From assembly GCA_973895155.1 (NCBI GenBank), contig OZ316892.1, positions 9,156,283 to 9,220,282 on the forward strand: a stretch of DNA of 64,000 nucleotides. The letters are read 5' to 3'. Source of the DNA: Marsupella aquatica (taxonomy: Eukaryota > Plantae > Marchantiophyta). The first letter of the stretch is position 1, and each line of letters starts with the position of its first letter. The notes beneath the pieces were generated by a model, which was given only the letters and a program-made list of their open reading frames with translations, searched no databases and was not told the origin of the DNA. Position numbers and translations under genes: made by a program. Shown here piece after piece: positions 38,831 to 52,200 of the stretch.

Positions 38831-40574
38831 GCTTTGCAAAGAGAGAAAAAATAATTAGTGGGGAACACTGTCGCTGCCTTGCGTTGCACCTCACTGACGC
38901 TGCCTCGCGCTTGCTGCGCCTTACTGCGACCTGCTGGGCTAAATTATGTTGTTGTGCGCAGTGTGCTACAAAATGTTGATGGCGAGGAGAGGGTGGCAAC
39001 CAGGTTTGAACTCACAACCTGCTGCTTGCTAAGGAATTTGTATGTGCTACCAAGGGAGCAAACATCAACTCTACATAAGCTTGTGGCAGCATCCGGCCAG
39101 GCTCGTTTGGGGAACTTTGAGACCTGTTTGAGGTCGGGCGAGGGGCCAAGGCGAGTAGGGGAGGACCTAGCAAGGGTGCCTCAACTTCATGGAGGCCCGG
39201 GAGGCTTTTTTTAATTTGAACGGAATGTGTTAAGTAGATTTCATGAAGGCTTGAAAACTACTAGTTGTAATATGTTGTCGAGCTATTATGAAGCCCAACA
39301 CTTGATGGGTGCTGCTATACGATGAGTTGTTGCTAGATAGCTCAACCTTGCACTCGCACAGTAGCCATGGAATAACTGCTAATATCAACATTCTAGTTGG
39401 AACCAACTCAAGTGGTAGTTGTACTATTCGGGTAAGTTTACAACTATGTAAAAGCTCACCTGTATTTCTGTGGTAACCCAAGTCTCAGTGGCAAAACCCG
39501 AGACTCAGTGATAACCCGTAACTCAGTGACATATTAATCCTCAGGTGTAGGCCAAGCTTGAAGTTGTTACTGTGAGAAATATTGTGTTCCAGTCAGTTTA
39601 CAACTCGGTTAGTTGTAAGAGTTACCAAGGGGGTACCCTGGTTTCTTGTCTCACCGAGAGGTGGCCGCTGTTAAAGTTTTGTGTGGAAACCAGAGTATTG
39701 GTTGTAGTTAAGTTGACCTGTGGTTAAGGTAGAAACTTAACCCGGGTTAAGGATTAGCGGGAAAGTAGTTACGCTTGGGTTAAATTCTAGGGTGACCACT
39801 AACCTGAGTTAGCACCTTAGGCCTGGTTTGGTTTGGCTTGGGTTGGTTTGGAGCCCTGGGGTGTTGAAATAAAGAGGAGAACTAAGGGGCTGTCTTCTCA
39901 CTTGTTCACTTGCACATTCTCTTGAAGGCTAAGAGCCTGGGGGCTGAGATCTCACTTAGGGAGAGTCAGCATTGGCTTGAGGCACTAGAGAGTGTGGACA
40001 GGGGACTAGTCCACTAGGTAGACAGCAAGGAGAGGGTAGGGGGAAGTGTTGTGATCTAATCTTGTACCATTCCTTGCAGTAAAGGCTCATACGTAAGCCT
40101 CAGTCTTGAAGTGTCTATCCATCGGTTATTTGAATCCAGCACTTGAGTGTGTATGCAAGCTCAGGTGTGACTCAACCCAAGAGGGGTGAGGCTTGAAGCC
40201 AGGGAGTGACGGAGGAACCAAGCACTTGCCTTGTTGAGATAGGAAGTGATGGTCTTGAAGCTCTTGGTGAAGTAAGCAGAGGGAACTCTTGGAGTGGTAG
40301 CCACATTGGGAGTTTGTGGGGACAGCTTGTGGGTGGGCACTTGCCGTGTTGAGATCAGGAGTGGGTTGTGTGAGTGTTTTCCAGTGGGAAAGCAAGGGAG
40401 TGATAGCCACCCTTCGAGGTTATCTTTCCAGCGGTGGAAATAAAAAATACATAGCTGGGTGTGTGAGTGAGAAATAGGGAGTTAGAGAGAAAGGGGATCT
40501 CCTGTTATGCTATTTGCCCATCCTAGGAACCCGGACAACGATAAGAAGGGGCCTCAGGGGGGTCACTTCCGCGG

Positions 40575-41049
40575 CCCGGGTACGCAACTCTTGTATAATT
40601 GGCAGGGGTCTACATTTTTATATGGACCAAAAAGTTGGCTATACAAAATAATAAATTTTCAAAAAACCTGGGTTTTCCACTTTTTAAAATTTTCGAGTCA
40701 TGTAAAAGGCTTGGTTTTCTTCCCTTTCCATATGAAATTAAAAAATATTCCTACACATGGTGGAATTTTTATTAAAAGATTTTTAAAATTTTAATAAAAA
40801 TCCTGAAAAGCTGGCTAGTTTGGCTGTAGACCCCTGTATTAAAAAAAACCCATATAATTTGGTTTTGATCAACTTTTAGTACATCAAAACATGTTTGGTT
40901 TTCTTTGTAAGTTATATTTTTGGATTCCTTAAGTTGAGAGGTACAAGAATTTAGTAGACTAAAATAAAATCTAAGATGGTCAATTGGATATAGGACCATT
41001 ATAAGAAATTAAAAACTTGCCTTATAAAAAGAGGAGTTGCATACCTGGG
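40575..41049 (+). mobile_element. MITE with CCCGGGTAYGCAACTC TIRs and 8-bp TSD
   Basis: TSD TTCCGCGG at 40567-40574 and 41050-41057. Confidence 0.95.
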
Positions 41050-41192
41050 TTCCGCGGAAGTGCCACATCACGTGCGATGAAGTATAGGGCCATTTAATTG
41101 AGTTCGGCGGAAGACTTCCAAAGATTGGTGGAAGAACTAAAGGGTCCATTTTAATTATTGGGTCGCTTTAAAGAACAATAGGCATTTTTTAA

Positions 41193-41680
41193 CCCGGGTA
41201 TGCAACTCCCCTTTTTATAAGGCAAGTTTTTAATTCCTTATAATGGCCTTATATCCAATTGACCATCTTAGATTTCATTTTAGTCTACTAAAGTCTTGTA
41301 CCTCTGAACTCAAAGAATCCAAAAATGTAACTTAAAAAAAAAACCAAACATGTTTTGATGTACAAAAAGTTGATCAAAACCAAATTATATGGGTTTTTTT
41401 TAATACAGGGGTCTACAGCCAAACTAGCCAGCTTTTTAGGATTTTTATTAAAATTTTAAAAATCTTTTAATAAAAATTACAACATGTGTAGGAATATTTT
41501 TTAATTTCATATGGAAAATGAATAAAACCAAACCTTTTATATGACTTGAAAATTTTTAAAAGTGGAAAACCCAGGTTTTTTCAAATTTTAATTATTTTAT
41601 ATAGCCAACTTTTTAGTCCATATAAAAATGTAGACCCCTGTCTATTATATAAGAGCGGGTATAAGAGTTGCATACCCGGG
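41193..41680 (-). mobile_element. Second copy of the same MITE, opposite orientation
   Basis: TSD TTTTTTAA at 41185-41192 and 41681-41688; perfect TIR CCCGGGTATGCAACTC; body is the reverse complement of 40575-41049. Confidence 0.95.
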
Positions 41681-42104
41681 TTTTTTAATTGGGACATAGT
41701 CCACAGAAGTTGTCCAGCAAAGTTAGGGATTTTATTGTCATATGTTCATGCGACACGCGTCATGTTTATATTGGACCACGTGTCTCCTTGTAATTACGAC
41801 ACGTGTTTTTAGGGTGTAAATATTAATTTTTGCCACAACATGAATGTTTCAATTTTTTCCCTATTGTAACCAAACTTTATAATTGTCAACAATTTATATT
41901 TGGGGTTTATTGGGACGGGGTCTAAAGTCGGTTAAGGGACCCCAGGGGACCGATGATGCCACTCAGGGTTTGCAAGGGCCGTCGATGTTTAGGGTTTAAG
42001 ATCTGACGGTGCACAATGGCTCGGGTGGTGGCTGTAGGGGACGAGGACTGTGGGCCCGAGGTTGAGGGAGGACGCGCGAACATTGAGTTTCAAACTCAAT
42101 GTTC

Positions 42105-42430
42105 ACTTTCTTTGTGACAATTGGGAGGGTTGCATTGCACTGCCGCAACTTTCTTCGTGACAATCGGGAGGGGCTGCGCTTTGCTTTCTTTGTGACAATC
42201 GGGAGGGGCTGCGCTGCGCTTTCATTGTGACAATCGGGAGGGGCTACACTTTGCTTTCTTTGTGACAATCGGGAGGGGTTGCGCTGCGCTTTCATCATGA
42301 CAATTAGGAGGGCTGCGCTGTGCTGCCGTAGAGGATCTTCAACTTTCTTTGTGACAATCGGGGCTGCATTGCGCTGCCGCAACTTTGGAGGGTGACTGTG
42401 ACTTATTTGCGCTGCCGCGACATTGGAGAG
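42105..42430 (+). repeat. ~35-40-bp tandem array (TTTGTGACAATCGGGAGGGGCTGCGCT)
   Basis: About 7 units inside the 40553-43964 element. Confidence 0.85.
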
Positions 42431-44659
42431 GATCGAGGTAGACTGAGTGCTGCTGCTGCCACAAGTTCTGGAGTGAGTTCGGAGAGGAGGTACATTGTGA
42501 GGCTGACTGTTACTTAGTTCGGATCGAGCTTGATAGAAACTGATGAGGTCTCCACCATAGCTTTTTGCTTGTTTCCCTCCCGGTTTCCCTGCGTTCTGCT
42601 TTCTTCTTATGTTTCTCTCTTTATATGTGTTAGGAGGACGACAACACTATAGAGGAAGGTTGGCGGAAAGGAGGTGATACTCCTGGCTTATGTGGGCCCT
42701 TGAAGGTTGCTCCTCTTGCAAATGTTGCCGCACATCGATGTTAGTTGCTATCTGTTTGCTAGCATTTCCTCTTTGCCTGCGACGTGTTCCTTTCCTTTCA
42801 TATCAAAGGAGGGCAATGCTGGCTAGAGGATTGCTGCTCTGCTGCTGCTCTCTGGTTCTTTAGCTACGGGATTGAGCTGTGTGATTGCTTGCAGAAAGAC
42901 GCAGACCCAGAAGGAATGCTTGGTGAGGGCGGAAGAGTGAAGGAAGTCTTTCATCTGCCAGGTTAGAATCTATCACTTCGCTTGCAAACTTCACAGGAGT
43001 GACAAACAAAGTCTATGTTGTCACAGTCACAAGCCTGTGTGATTGCATTGCCTTGAAAAGAGCTACCCTGAAATCCAGCATAGAAGCTTCTGAAAAGTTG
43101 CACATCTGATCCCCACTCGCATTGGCAGGATTGTCCGTTTAGGGTGAACTCAGCAAGGGACATTCTATTTGGTCCCATTGCTTGGTGGTTCTCGGAGATT
43201 AGTTATTTCTTGGTGATTGGTGCTTCCTTTGTGATCGGTGCTCGATCTTTGTTGTGATCGGTGCTTGGTGCTCGATCTTCATTGTGATTAGTGCTCGCTA
43301 TCCAAATCAGATCCAATCTGATCCTGCACTGTGTTGTGCAGTGAGGTATGAATGTTGCTATGAATGACTCATTTTGTGGGTTCCAAAGTGAATGAAAGTC
43401 TTCTTTGGTTTTGTTTTGTTGCAGCTTGGCTTAGCAGAATGCACAGCTAGAGTTGCCTTCAATGTAGGACCTCAAGGTAGAATTGCGGAGGTGGTAGACA
43501 GACAAACCCTCAGAGTCTAAATCTTCTCGAAGTATTGAATAGGCAACCTATGGTGTTCGGTTACCTATTCATAGTATCTGGCACCCACCATGCTTCACTA
43601 TTCAAGAGTGAAAACTACCATGCTTCACTATTCAAGAGTGAAAACTATAAGTTGTTGGGTGATGATGAATGCAATTTACAAGATATTCAGCTTCATGATG
43701 TAAATTCATTGAATGTATTGGACATGCGCATCAATTTGCACAATTGGCTCTACACTATTGAGGTATTTTACTTTCCTTAATAGGAATTTTTTAAATCATC
43801 ATAAAACTTTCCAAAAAGTTTTATAGGGGTAAACAATTCAAAAAATGGTCGCTTTTCAGAAAGTAAGGGAGTGGGGGAAAAAAATTCACTTTAAAGTTAG
43901 GGGGTCCAGACCCTAAAACGTCGCACGTGATGTAGAGCCCTACATACAGTGACCCCCCTCCAAGGAAGGGGCATAAGTGGTGAATACAGCTCTAGTGGAG
44001 AGTTAAGCCCCATTGCAAGGTGTTGACAGCAACGTAATCAAAGAAATCAATTTGCAATGGCTAAGTTTGTGACGATATTGTGACATTTTTTCATCAAGAA
44101 AGGGAGGTGGGCATTTTCTGAAGCTGCATTTCTTGAGTCAATAACGGTCCTTTGAGTGTGTGCAAGTTATACAACCACACAGTATCCACCAAATGTTCAC
44201 CTCACAAATCAAACTCAAACTCAAACTCAAAACTCAGCTGAAGATTGTTCCTCCGTTTCTTTGACACAATATGACAAAATGGCAGTTACCTTGTTCACAA
44301 TCATCTTTCGTTGGTATCTCTCTCATCAAACAAGAGAGGATTGAGTATGAGCCGTTACTTATGTTAGTTTAGAGGTGCCCAGTTATCTAGCTAATTACAT
44401 AGTAAACAATTTAAAAGCACTCAAAAGGTACTAATACAGTTACAGTGAAAAAATGACATCTCTTCCTTTGTATTGTGGTTTTTTTATGTTTAATACTTAC
44501 GGCATGGCGCCGAGCATGGCGCCCTATAAGTTACACAGTTAATATGAACACAAACATGACAAGCGGGATGACAAGGACCTTTTTGTTTTCCACAAAATTA
44601 ACCTGTTATGTCCTGTTTGTCACATCCTCGCTGATGTGGTGCATCCTTGTTCCAAGATT

Positions 44660-44742
44660 TCTTACATTTTAGGGGGTCTAAGGCCTAAAAATGCATGTTG
44701 CATGTGATGGGGAGGTCTCCATATATAGTGAGACCCCCAAGG
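44660..44742. mobile_element. Isolated right end of a CTCGGGGG-family MITE
   Basis: TTACATTTTAGGGGGTCTAAGGCCTAAAAA...GTGAGACCCCCAAG matches 34261-34334. Confidence 0.65.
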
Positions 44743-47700
44743 CATAACCTTCACCTGATGAGCTTCTAGGTATATGACTACCTCAGTATTTCCTGACATT
44801 TTGTACAACATTCTTGGGGAAGATCCTTGCTTGCCTTCCGCATTGATATTAATGATTAGTCTATTTTTCTCTAGAGCCCACCTGGCCACCATGTTAATAA
44901 CTCATACACACAATCTTTTAAGCGTGTTTGTTAAAGGTTTGGGGGATGGCTTTGATTGCTTGTTTGTATTTGCAACAAACATGCACAAATGGCGTCCACT
45001 TTACATGTCTTCATGAATCCCATGGCTCTCATATATGCAGACCACTAATTTGGCATCTTTAGTGAGTGTGTCAAAGTACTACAAAAGTTTCAAAACTATA
45101 GGGCGAGCTATAGGGTCCATGTTTAAAAGCACAACAACGGCCCTCACATCAGAAAAGAACTTACACAACATATGATGTTGAACATGATTTTTATATATCT
45201 TTGCAAAATGAGACTCAACTATGTACTTACTATGTGTCTTCAGTCCTGATTCCTTACAAGCACAGAATTTCTGCCTGCCTGGTTTGCCTGAACATATATG
45301 TAAATTAGGCAGATCATGAAACCACGGAGCGACCATTATGTTCTAGCTCCAGGTCATTGTATCAAATGAATCGCTATAACCTTGATCGAAGAAGAAACAT
45401 CTTGAACAGATGGAAATTTTTAATCGTACCATGTTCTTGCCAAGCAACAACCCTTCTTGTGCATTCTCCTATACTGGGTTTTGTTGAGATTTCTCTAAAT
45501 GAAGGTACATTTCCCACTAGAGCTTTTTGGTCATACCTGCCTCATTTTTTAGGACAGTCAAATAAGACAAATGACTAAAACTCCCATCAGTCATTTATGG
45601 GTGTCTGAAATGACACAAATATTTGGAAATGACACGGTGTCCAAAGCCACTGAATGTACGGCCGTCAGTCATTTGTCCATGTCTTTAATGACATTCAAAA
45701 TGACACATATCTAAACAAATGATATTAGAACATGTGGCAATTACACAAGTGCACACAATGTTGTCATTATAAGTCATATAAGATATGTTGTAAATGACAT
45801 AATAATAAACCAATCCTGTTGCAACACGTGGCATGACACCAAGGATACACCTCTTTTTTCTAGTCATTAACGACATTTCGGAAATGACTAAATATGTTTC
45901 CACCAATGAAAATATGACACATGGCCCAATGCTAGTTGACCAGGTGGGCGATATTAGTAGTCATTTCAGTCATGTCTCAAATGACTATTGCAAATGACAG
46001 CTATTTAGCAAGTGAACATGCAACACATGTAGTCATTATGGAGTCATTTGAGAGTCACATAGGGTGTCATTTAAGATGTCATATGGCATGTCAATTAGGG
46101 TTGTCATATGAGATGTCATTAGGTGACGTCATTTGGGATGTCATTGGGGTGTCTCAAGTTTTAGGGTTCATGGGAGGTGAAATCTTGCACAGATTCACAA
46201 TATGGGTATTCAAAATGAAATCCACAATGCGTCCACAACAAGACCCACAACAAGATTAAAAATGTAAGCATGTTACATCACAATGATTGGAAACCACTAA
46301 ACAATAACAAAAACATCGTGTATATGACATTCACAATAAAGAACTCAAAGAACTCCTAGATCTTATATTGAAAGGATCCAAACATTTTTATTATTTCAAA
46401 CAATTGTACATTTCAGAAACTGTCAATAGATCTACTATGTGGGCAATCATGACCATCTAATCCTATCCCCCAAACTAGCTTATGCTCCTTGAACTTTGTC
46501 AAACTTGCGCAAGGAGTGATTTCATTGCTCACCAGAAATTGATCATGGCAAGACATGTATAATTGATGCAACAGCAGTCCTGTAATCACACACAAGAGTT
46601 GTGAGACATCATGTAATCTCTATTATATTATGTGAAATAATTGTTAGACAGTCTGGTTTCAATTGGTTAGACAAAATGAAAATTCAAATGGGCATAGGCT
46701 CTGTTGGGACATTCTTCACCTGGGCAGAGGAATATGATGAGCTCAATCTAACAGTTAAAGGTACAATTGGAGCATACCAGTTGCACTATGATCTCAAGGA
46801 TTACTTCCTCCTGCATGAAGAATTACTTTAACCTTTCAGGAATTAATCCCAACTTTGCCATGCCAACTTGAGAATCAAAACTACTGCACTACACAAAAAC
46901 TTCACTACATTTATACTTTAATCTGTACAAGTGATATGCAGTAAGTAGCTTATTGCAAGACACACACAAAGGTAGAATAGAAAAAAAAATTATCACCTTA
47001 TAATGTGAAGTCCTCAAAACCCATAGGATGGCCATAGCATTACTGTACACAACAGAGAACAAACTAGAGTTATGTTAAAAGAGATTAACATGCTTGTGAG
47101 CACAGCGCCTCTCAGATCCCCCCTCCTTATGCTGCATCAACTTTGTGGCCCAGAAGTGGCCCAGAAGTATCAATAGGTTGTCCTATTCATGCTCTCTCGT
47201 TTTCTATTATGCAATCACCAAGGCCACAAGAGATGAGAAACTTCTTGGACCTAACTTTGATTCATTAAAAATGAGAACTCCCCAAATTAGAATTAAGGAT
47301 GCTTCTAAGCTTTGAGGCGCCCAGATCCCTCCCCAACCTTATCCTGCATCCACTTCGTGCCCGCCCAGAAGTGTCCATTGCCGAGAACACTTGAAACGCT
47401 GCATTGGAGATATACACATGTTCAGATTTCTCAGACAGCAGTCTACAAAACAAAGAGGGACAGAGAGAAAACGTGATAGCCAAAAAAACAAGGGAGAGAG
47501 AAAAAGATTGCCACCTGCCAACTACCAGGTCATTTTCTACTTCAGAAAATTCCATGCAAAAATCTCTATACAGATCCCTTAGATGTGGTACAGTCCTTAC
47601 ACAACTCTTGAAATGAGTGCAGGACCTGAGTGTCAATGGAAACGTAGCAAGCCAGAGGCAATTCTTTAAATCCAAAATGTTTTTTTGCAGAGATTCGTTT

Positions 47701-48529
47701 TCAAAACCTCTCTAGGCCGACATACCTGTAAAGCAACATAATTTTGAGTTAATGACATTGTCAATCCGCAACAAAACTGAGAGTACTATGATGCATTAGG
47801 ATGATCTCTTCAATCTGCTTCTAAAGACTCCAAGATCAAAAATTTTACTTAAGATTTGAAATAGTTACACTAAATTGAATTTCTTAGATTTTTGCAGAAC
47901 TTTTCTTGACAGCTATTTTTGATTTGACATTCCCGAGTCAAATCCTAATGAAATTCTGCATGGAATACATCATTGGAAAGATCTTCAAGAGACAATTCTA
48001 ATGAGCCAATGATTGTCAACATTCATCAAGAATTGAGTGAGTAATTTGAAAAATGGATTTTGCAGTTCATTGTGTGGACATTGGAACTTGAAAAAATACA
48101 CGTACCGTATTGAGAAGAAACTTGAACACTAGAACAACTTTGGCACCAGCAGGTTGATCCACGTTGGGCGCATGAGCAAGAGTATCAACATAGCTAGGTC
48201 GATTTCCAACAAAACAGTCTTCCAACACCAAGATTTGTGGTTCAAACAAATAGAAAAAGTCTATCCAAAGCTTCTGTATTCTCCCACAAACATATGGAAC
48301 AATGCAGAAAATAGGGAACACTAACTCTGTGTCGTAGTGCAATTCAGCGAGACCTTGCTCTGACTACAAAGGTACGCATTGTTCGAATGAGCCGCTGCCT
48401 TATCCTTGAGTCCCCGATCCACTTCCTCCTCAAATATTCCACCACTGCCACTAGATACCATGAAAGCTAGGCGTAAGAAATATTAGGCAGTTTTGCTAGC
48501 GCAAGTGCTGAGCTCATAAGCAGGACAGG

Positions 48530-48693
48530 TTTCAGCGAGACTGAAACAAGCTCTTGCATTTTCAAATTGGGTAGCGGCTGGAAGGTCGCTAGGACAGGAG
48601 GAAGCTGTGAGCATAGCAGGTTTCAGCGATTGAAACAAGCTCTTGCATTTTCAAATTGGGTAGAGGCAGGAAGGTGGCTAGGACAGGAGGAAG
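48530..48693 (+). repeat. Tandem duplication, ~88 bp x2
   Basis: GGTTTCAGCGA..TGAAACAAGCTCTTGCATTTTCAAATTGGGTAG...GGACAGGAGGAAG occurs twice. Confidence 0.85.
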
Positions 48694-50289
48694 TCGTCAC
48701 CCAGGTCGGGAGAAACCCTCAGAAAAGACAAAGGTAAGGTGAATGTCAGGTTGGAAGAAACCCTTACCAAAGATAAAACGTGAGGTACAAGCGCAGGCTC
48801 AGGCCATTGGATAGACGGTGCTCAAGCTTTGGAAAACTCATGAGTAAATTTACATGGGTGTAAGTCTTGACTTAAATACCCTATAACAGAGGTGTAAATA
48901 GTGTGTAAATCATATGTAAACAGGGTGTAAATGGGCTAGTTGATAAAAAAGCTGAAGAATTTGTTGTGATGAAGAAGTGCATCTAAAAGAGTGAACAAAC
49001 TAGGGTCATTAGTGTGAAAGATAGACATTAGATCCACAACTCCATAGAATTTAATTAGAGTTTGAAAAGCCTAAATTAAAGCACCCCAAAGTAGTGAAGG
49101 CAACACTTTTTGGGAGTGAGATTTTGACAGTGCAAAATGAAGACGTAGTAAATGCCATTTTACACTACAAGTAGCTCCTTGTAGGCCTGTAAAAAAGATT
49201 ACAAATTGGTGTTAAGCTTGGTTTTAGAACCCAAGTTGACACCGGCCCGAGTCAATCTGGATGACCTTTTAAGTGTAAGGGTTGAGTTCCAAAGCCAAAG
49301 TAGAAGTGAGAAGTTGTGAGGGAATGTACATGGGTGCAAGGCTTGACTTATAGACCCTATAAAGAATGTGTAAATGGGCTAGCTGACAAGGAAAATTGCA
49401 AACTAGTGATTTTTATTGTACCCTTCCTTTACCAGACCACCAGACTATTTAATATGGAGAAGGGGAATTTGGGGCACAACTGTTTTTTTTATTTGGGGTA
49501 TCAGAACAATTTTAATCAATGTAAAAAAAGTTGTCAAACCATTCACATCCAGCCAAACTTTAAACCCTTAGAACTTTTCAGGTTATTGCTTTTCCCACAA
49601 CGTCTTTGAAGAATACACTCAATCCTATACCCTCCCCTTTATGTATGAAACTAATGGTTTAGAGTTTGGCCAGATGACTGTGTCTAAACTAGTCTTTGGA
49701 CAAAAAGACACTAAATCCTGTACCCACCTGTTTATGTTATATCTGAATTAGGGACCCTAAACCTTGAATCTAAATGGAGTGCAAACAACCTAAAGGCACG
49801 GTTAAGGGACATCACCAATGACATCAACAATTACACCAACAACGGCATAGTAGGGAATGACCAATAAACGTACAAAATAAAAAGAACTCAGCGTCCATAT
49901 CGGGCTCCATATCCAAAGGCTCCAGAAATTGTAACTGTACGTGCACTACCAGTAGGAGCCAAAAGTCAGCAAGTTTTGTTTGTCTCAGACCCTCTTGACC
50001 TTGCTCTTGTCAGGTAGTGTGGTGTATGCCTGGGTGTATGTAGGGCCGTATGTATGCCACAATAAGGCCCAACTCTAAACCCTCTGCCTGAACAGGTCAT
50101 TTTCTGATGATACTCTGTCAATGATGCACAAAATGGCATGTGTAATGGTGGAAATTGGAGTCATTTGGTAGATATGACCCAACATGTGATTGTGTCAATG
50201 ACAGTAGTTCAGATCATTGGCTTTTATGACACTCCATTGGGCACAAATGACACAATGGAGGACTCAACCCCAGAAAAGGGATATCGCAC

Positions 50290-52200
50290 AGTGGAATAAC
50301 TAGTAACCTAGGGTTCACAATTACCCTATCCCGCACCATTTGGGGTGGGTGACATACTTAATGTGGGGTTCATCCCAAGATATAGCCAATCAAACGCTAG
50401 CTCAGGCTCTAGCAAGTCATATTCTCCATGGCTTATTGGGTGACTACTAGATTGCCATCATCAATGACTTGTACGTTCACATCTGATTCATGTCATTTGC
50501 AAAAATGATGTCTCATAGCACTCCAGAGATTTATGACTAAAATATTCAGTCATGCGTGCAAATGACCCATAAGTTCTTGCAAATGACAACATGAGAACCC
50601 CTTGCACCACTTTGGGCAAATAACTCCAAAGTCATACAACTCGGGAGTGTTTTGCCCAAAGTTGGGTGATGCCCAGGTTCCATGGTGCAAAACGTATACC
50701 TCAAAAAGGTTTGTGGATGCAAAGTGGCATAACTAGTGGCCCATGGTTGATGAGTACCCTATCTCGCACCATGTGGAGTGGGTAGCATTTTTAATTGCGG
50801 GCTCTTATCACCAATATGGCCAATCAGCCCCTCAAGGCCCTCCGGAGTTATATTATGCATGGCATACATGACCACAATATTGACATCCCAAATGACATGT
50901 TTCCATGTCATTTGCATAAATGACGTGTTGCAGCACTCATAAAATGACCAAAACATACAGTCACAAGTATCAATGACTCGGAATCCCTTGCCAATGACAA
51001 AAAGCAAGTGAATTGGACCCCTTTGGGAAAAATCACTCCAAAGTCATACAAGTTGGGAGTGTTTTGCCCAAAGTTGGGTGACGCCCTTCCATGGTGCAAA
51101 AACTATATGTCAAAAAGGGTTGTGAAGGCAAAATGGCATAACTAGTGGCCCAGGGTCAATGAGTACCCTATCCCACACCATGTGGAGTGGGTAGCATTTT
51201 TAATTGCGGGCTCCTACCACCAATATGGCCAATCAGCCCCTCAAGGCCCTCCGGAGTCATATTATGCATGGCATACATGACCACAATATTGACATCCCAA
51301 ATGACATGTTTCCATGTCATTTGCATAAATGACGTGTTGCAGCACTCATAAAATGACCAAAACATTCAGTCACAAGTATAAATGACTTGGAATCCCTTGC
51401 CAATGACAAAAAGCAAGTGAATTGGACCCCTTTGGGAAAATCACTCCAAAGTCATACAAGTTGGGAGTGTTTTGCCCAAAGTTGGGTGATGCCCTTCCAT
51501 GGTGCACAAACTATACCTCAAAAAGGTTTGTGAAGGCAAAGTGGCATAGCTAGTGGCCCAGGGTGGACAAGTACCCTATCCCACACCAAGTGGGGTGGTT
51601 AGCATCCCTAATGGCTGGCCACCAGCACCAATATGGCCAATCATCCCCCTGAGGCCCCAACAAGTCATATTGTCTGCTACATGCATGGCTGCAACATTGA
51701 CTTTATCAATGACTTCTTTTTGTGTCATACGCATGAATGACATCTCACAAGACTCCATAAATGACCAAAACATTCAGTCACACGCATAAATGACCCAAAA
51801 TCCATTGCAAATGACAAAATGCAAGTAGTTTGCACCCCTTTGGGCAAATCACTTCAAAGTCGATGCCGCATTTGTTCAAAGTCATACACCTCAATTGGGA
51901 GTGTTTTGCCCAAATTTGGGTGATGTCCTTTCAAGGTGCAAAACTTGGTTCATAAAAACTATTGCAAAGCCGAATTGGGATAACTAGTGGCCCAGAGTTG
52001 ATGCGTACCCTATCCCAGACCATGAGGAGTGGATAGCATCCTGAATGGCCGGCCCCTATGACCATTATTGCCAATCAGCCACCGGAGACCCTTAGGAGTC
52101 ATATTGTGCATGACATATTTGACCACAACATTGATATCCCAAATGATCTGTTTTCATGTCATTTGCATAAATGACGTTTTTCAGCACTTGTGAAATGACT
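50290..52200 (+). repeat. Satellite-like tandem array, ~410-435 bp period, ~4.5 units
   Basis: Anchor (A/G)CTAGTGGCCC at ~50732, 51141, 51549 and 51983, variant at 50298; shared GGGAGTGTTTTGCCCAAA. Confidence 0.92.

Larger units (their letters stand above)
40553..43964. mobile_element. 3.4-kb non-autonomous element of the CTC-GGGGG-TCAC family, hosting two nested MITEs
   Basis: TSD GAAGGGGC at 40545-40552 and 43965-43972; TIR CTCAGGGGGGTCAC / GTGACCCCCCTCCAAG; subterminal similarity to 34038-34334. Confidence 0.85.

Noticed and set aside
36500-40500. Possible LTR remnants (GATACCA near 36509; purine tract near 40485)
   Set aside because: PBS match is only 7 nt, with no TG...CA pair or TSD confirmed
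42784-43200. Possible captured gene fragment (KSCTSDPHSHWQDCPF, zinc-finger-like)
   Set aside because: Too short and stop-interrupted to assign without a search
46400-48480. Exon-like fragments inside the large CACTA element
   Set aside because: No recognisable protein family or consistent reading frame
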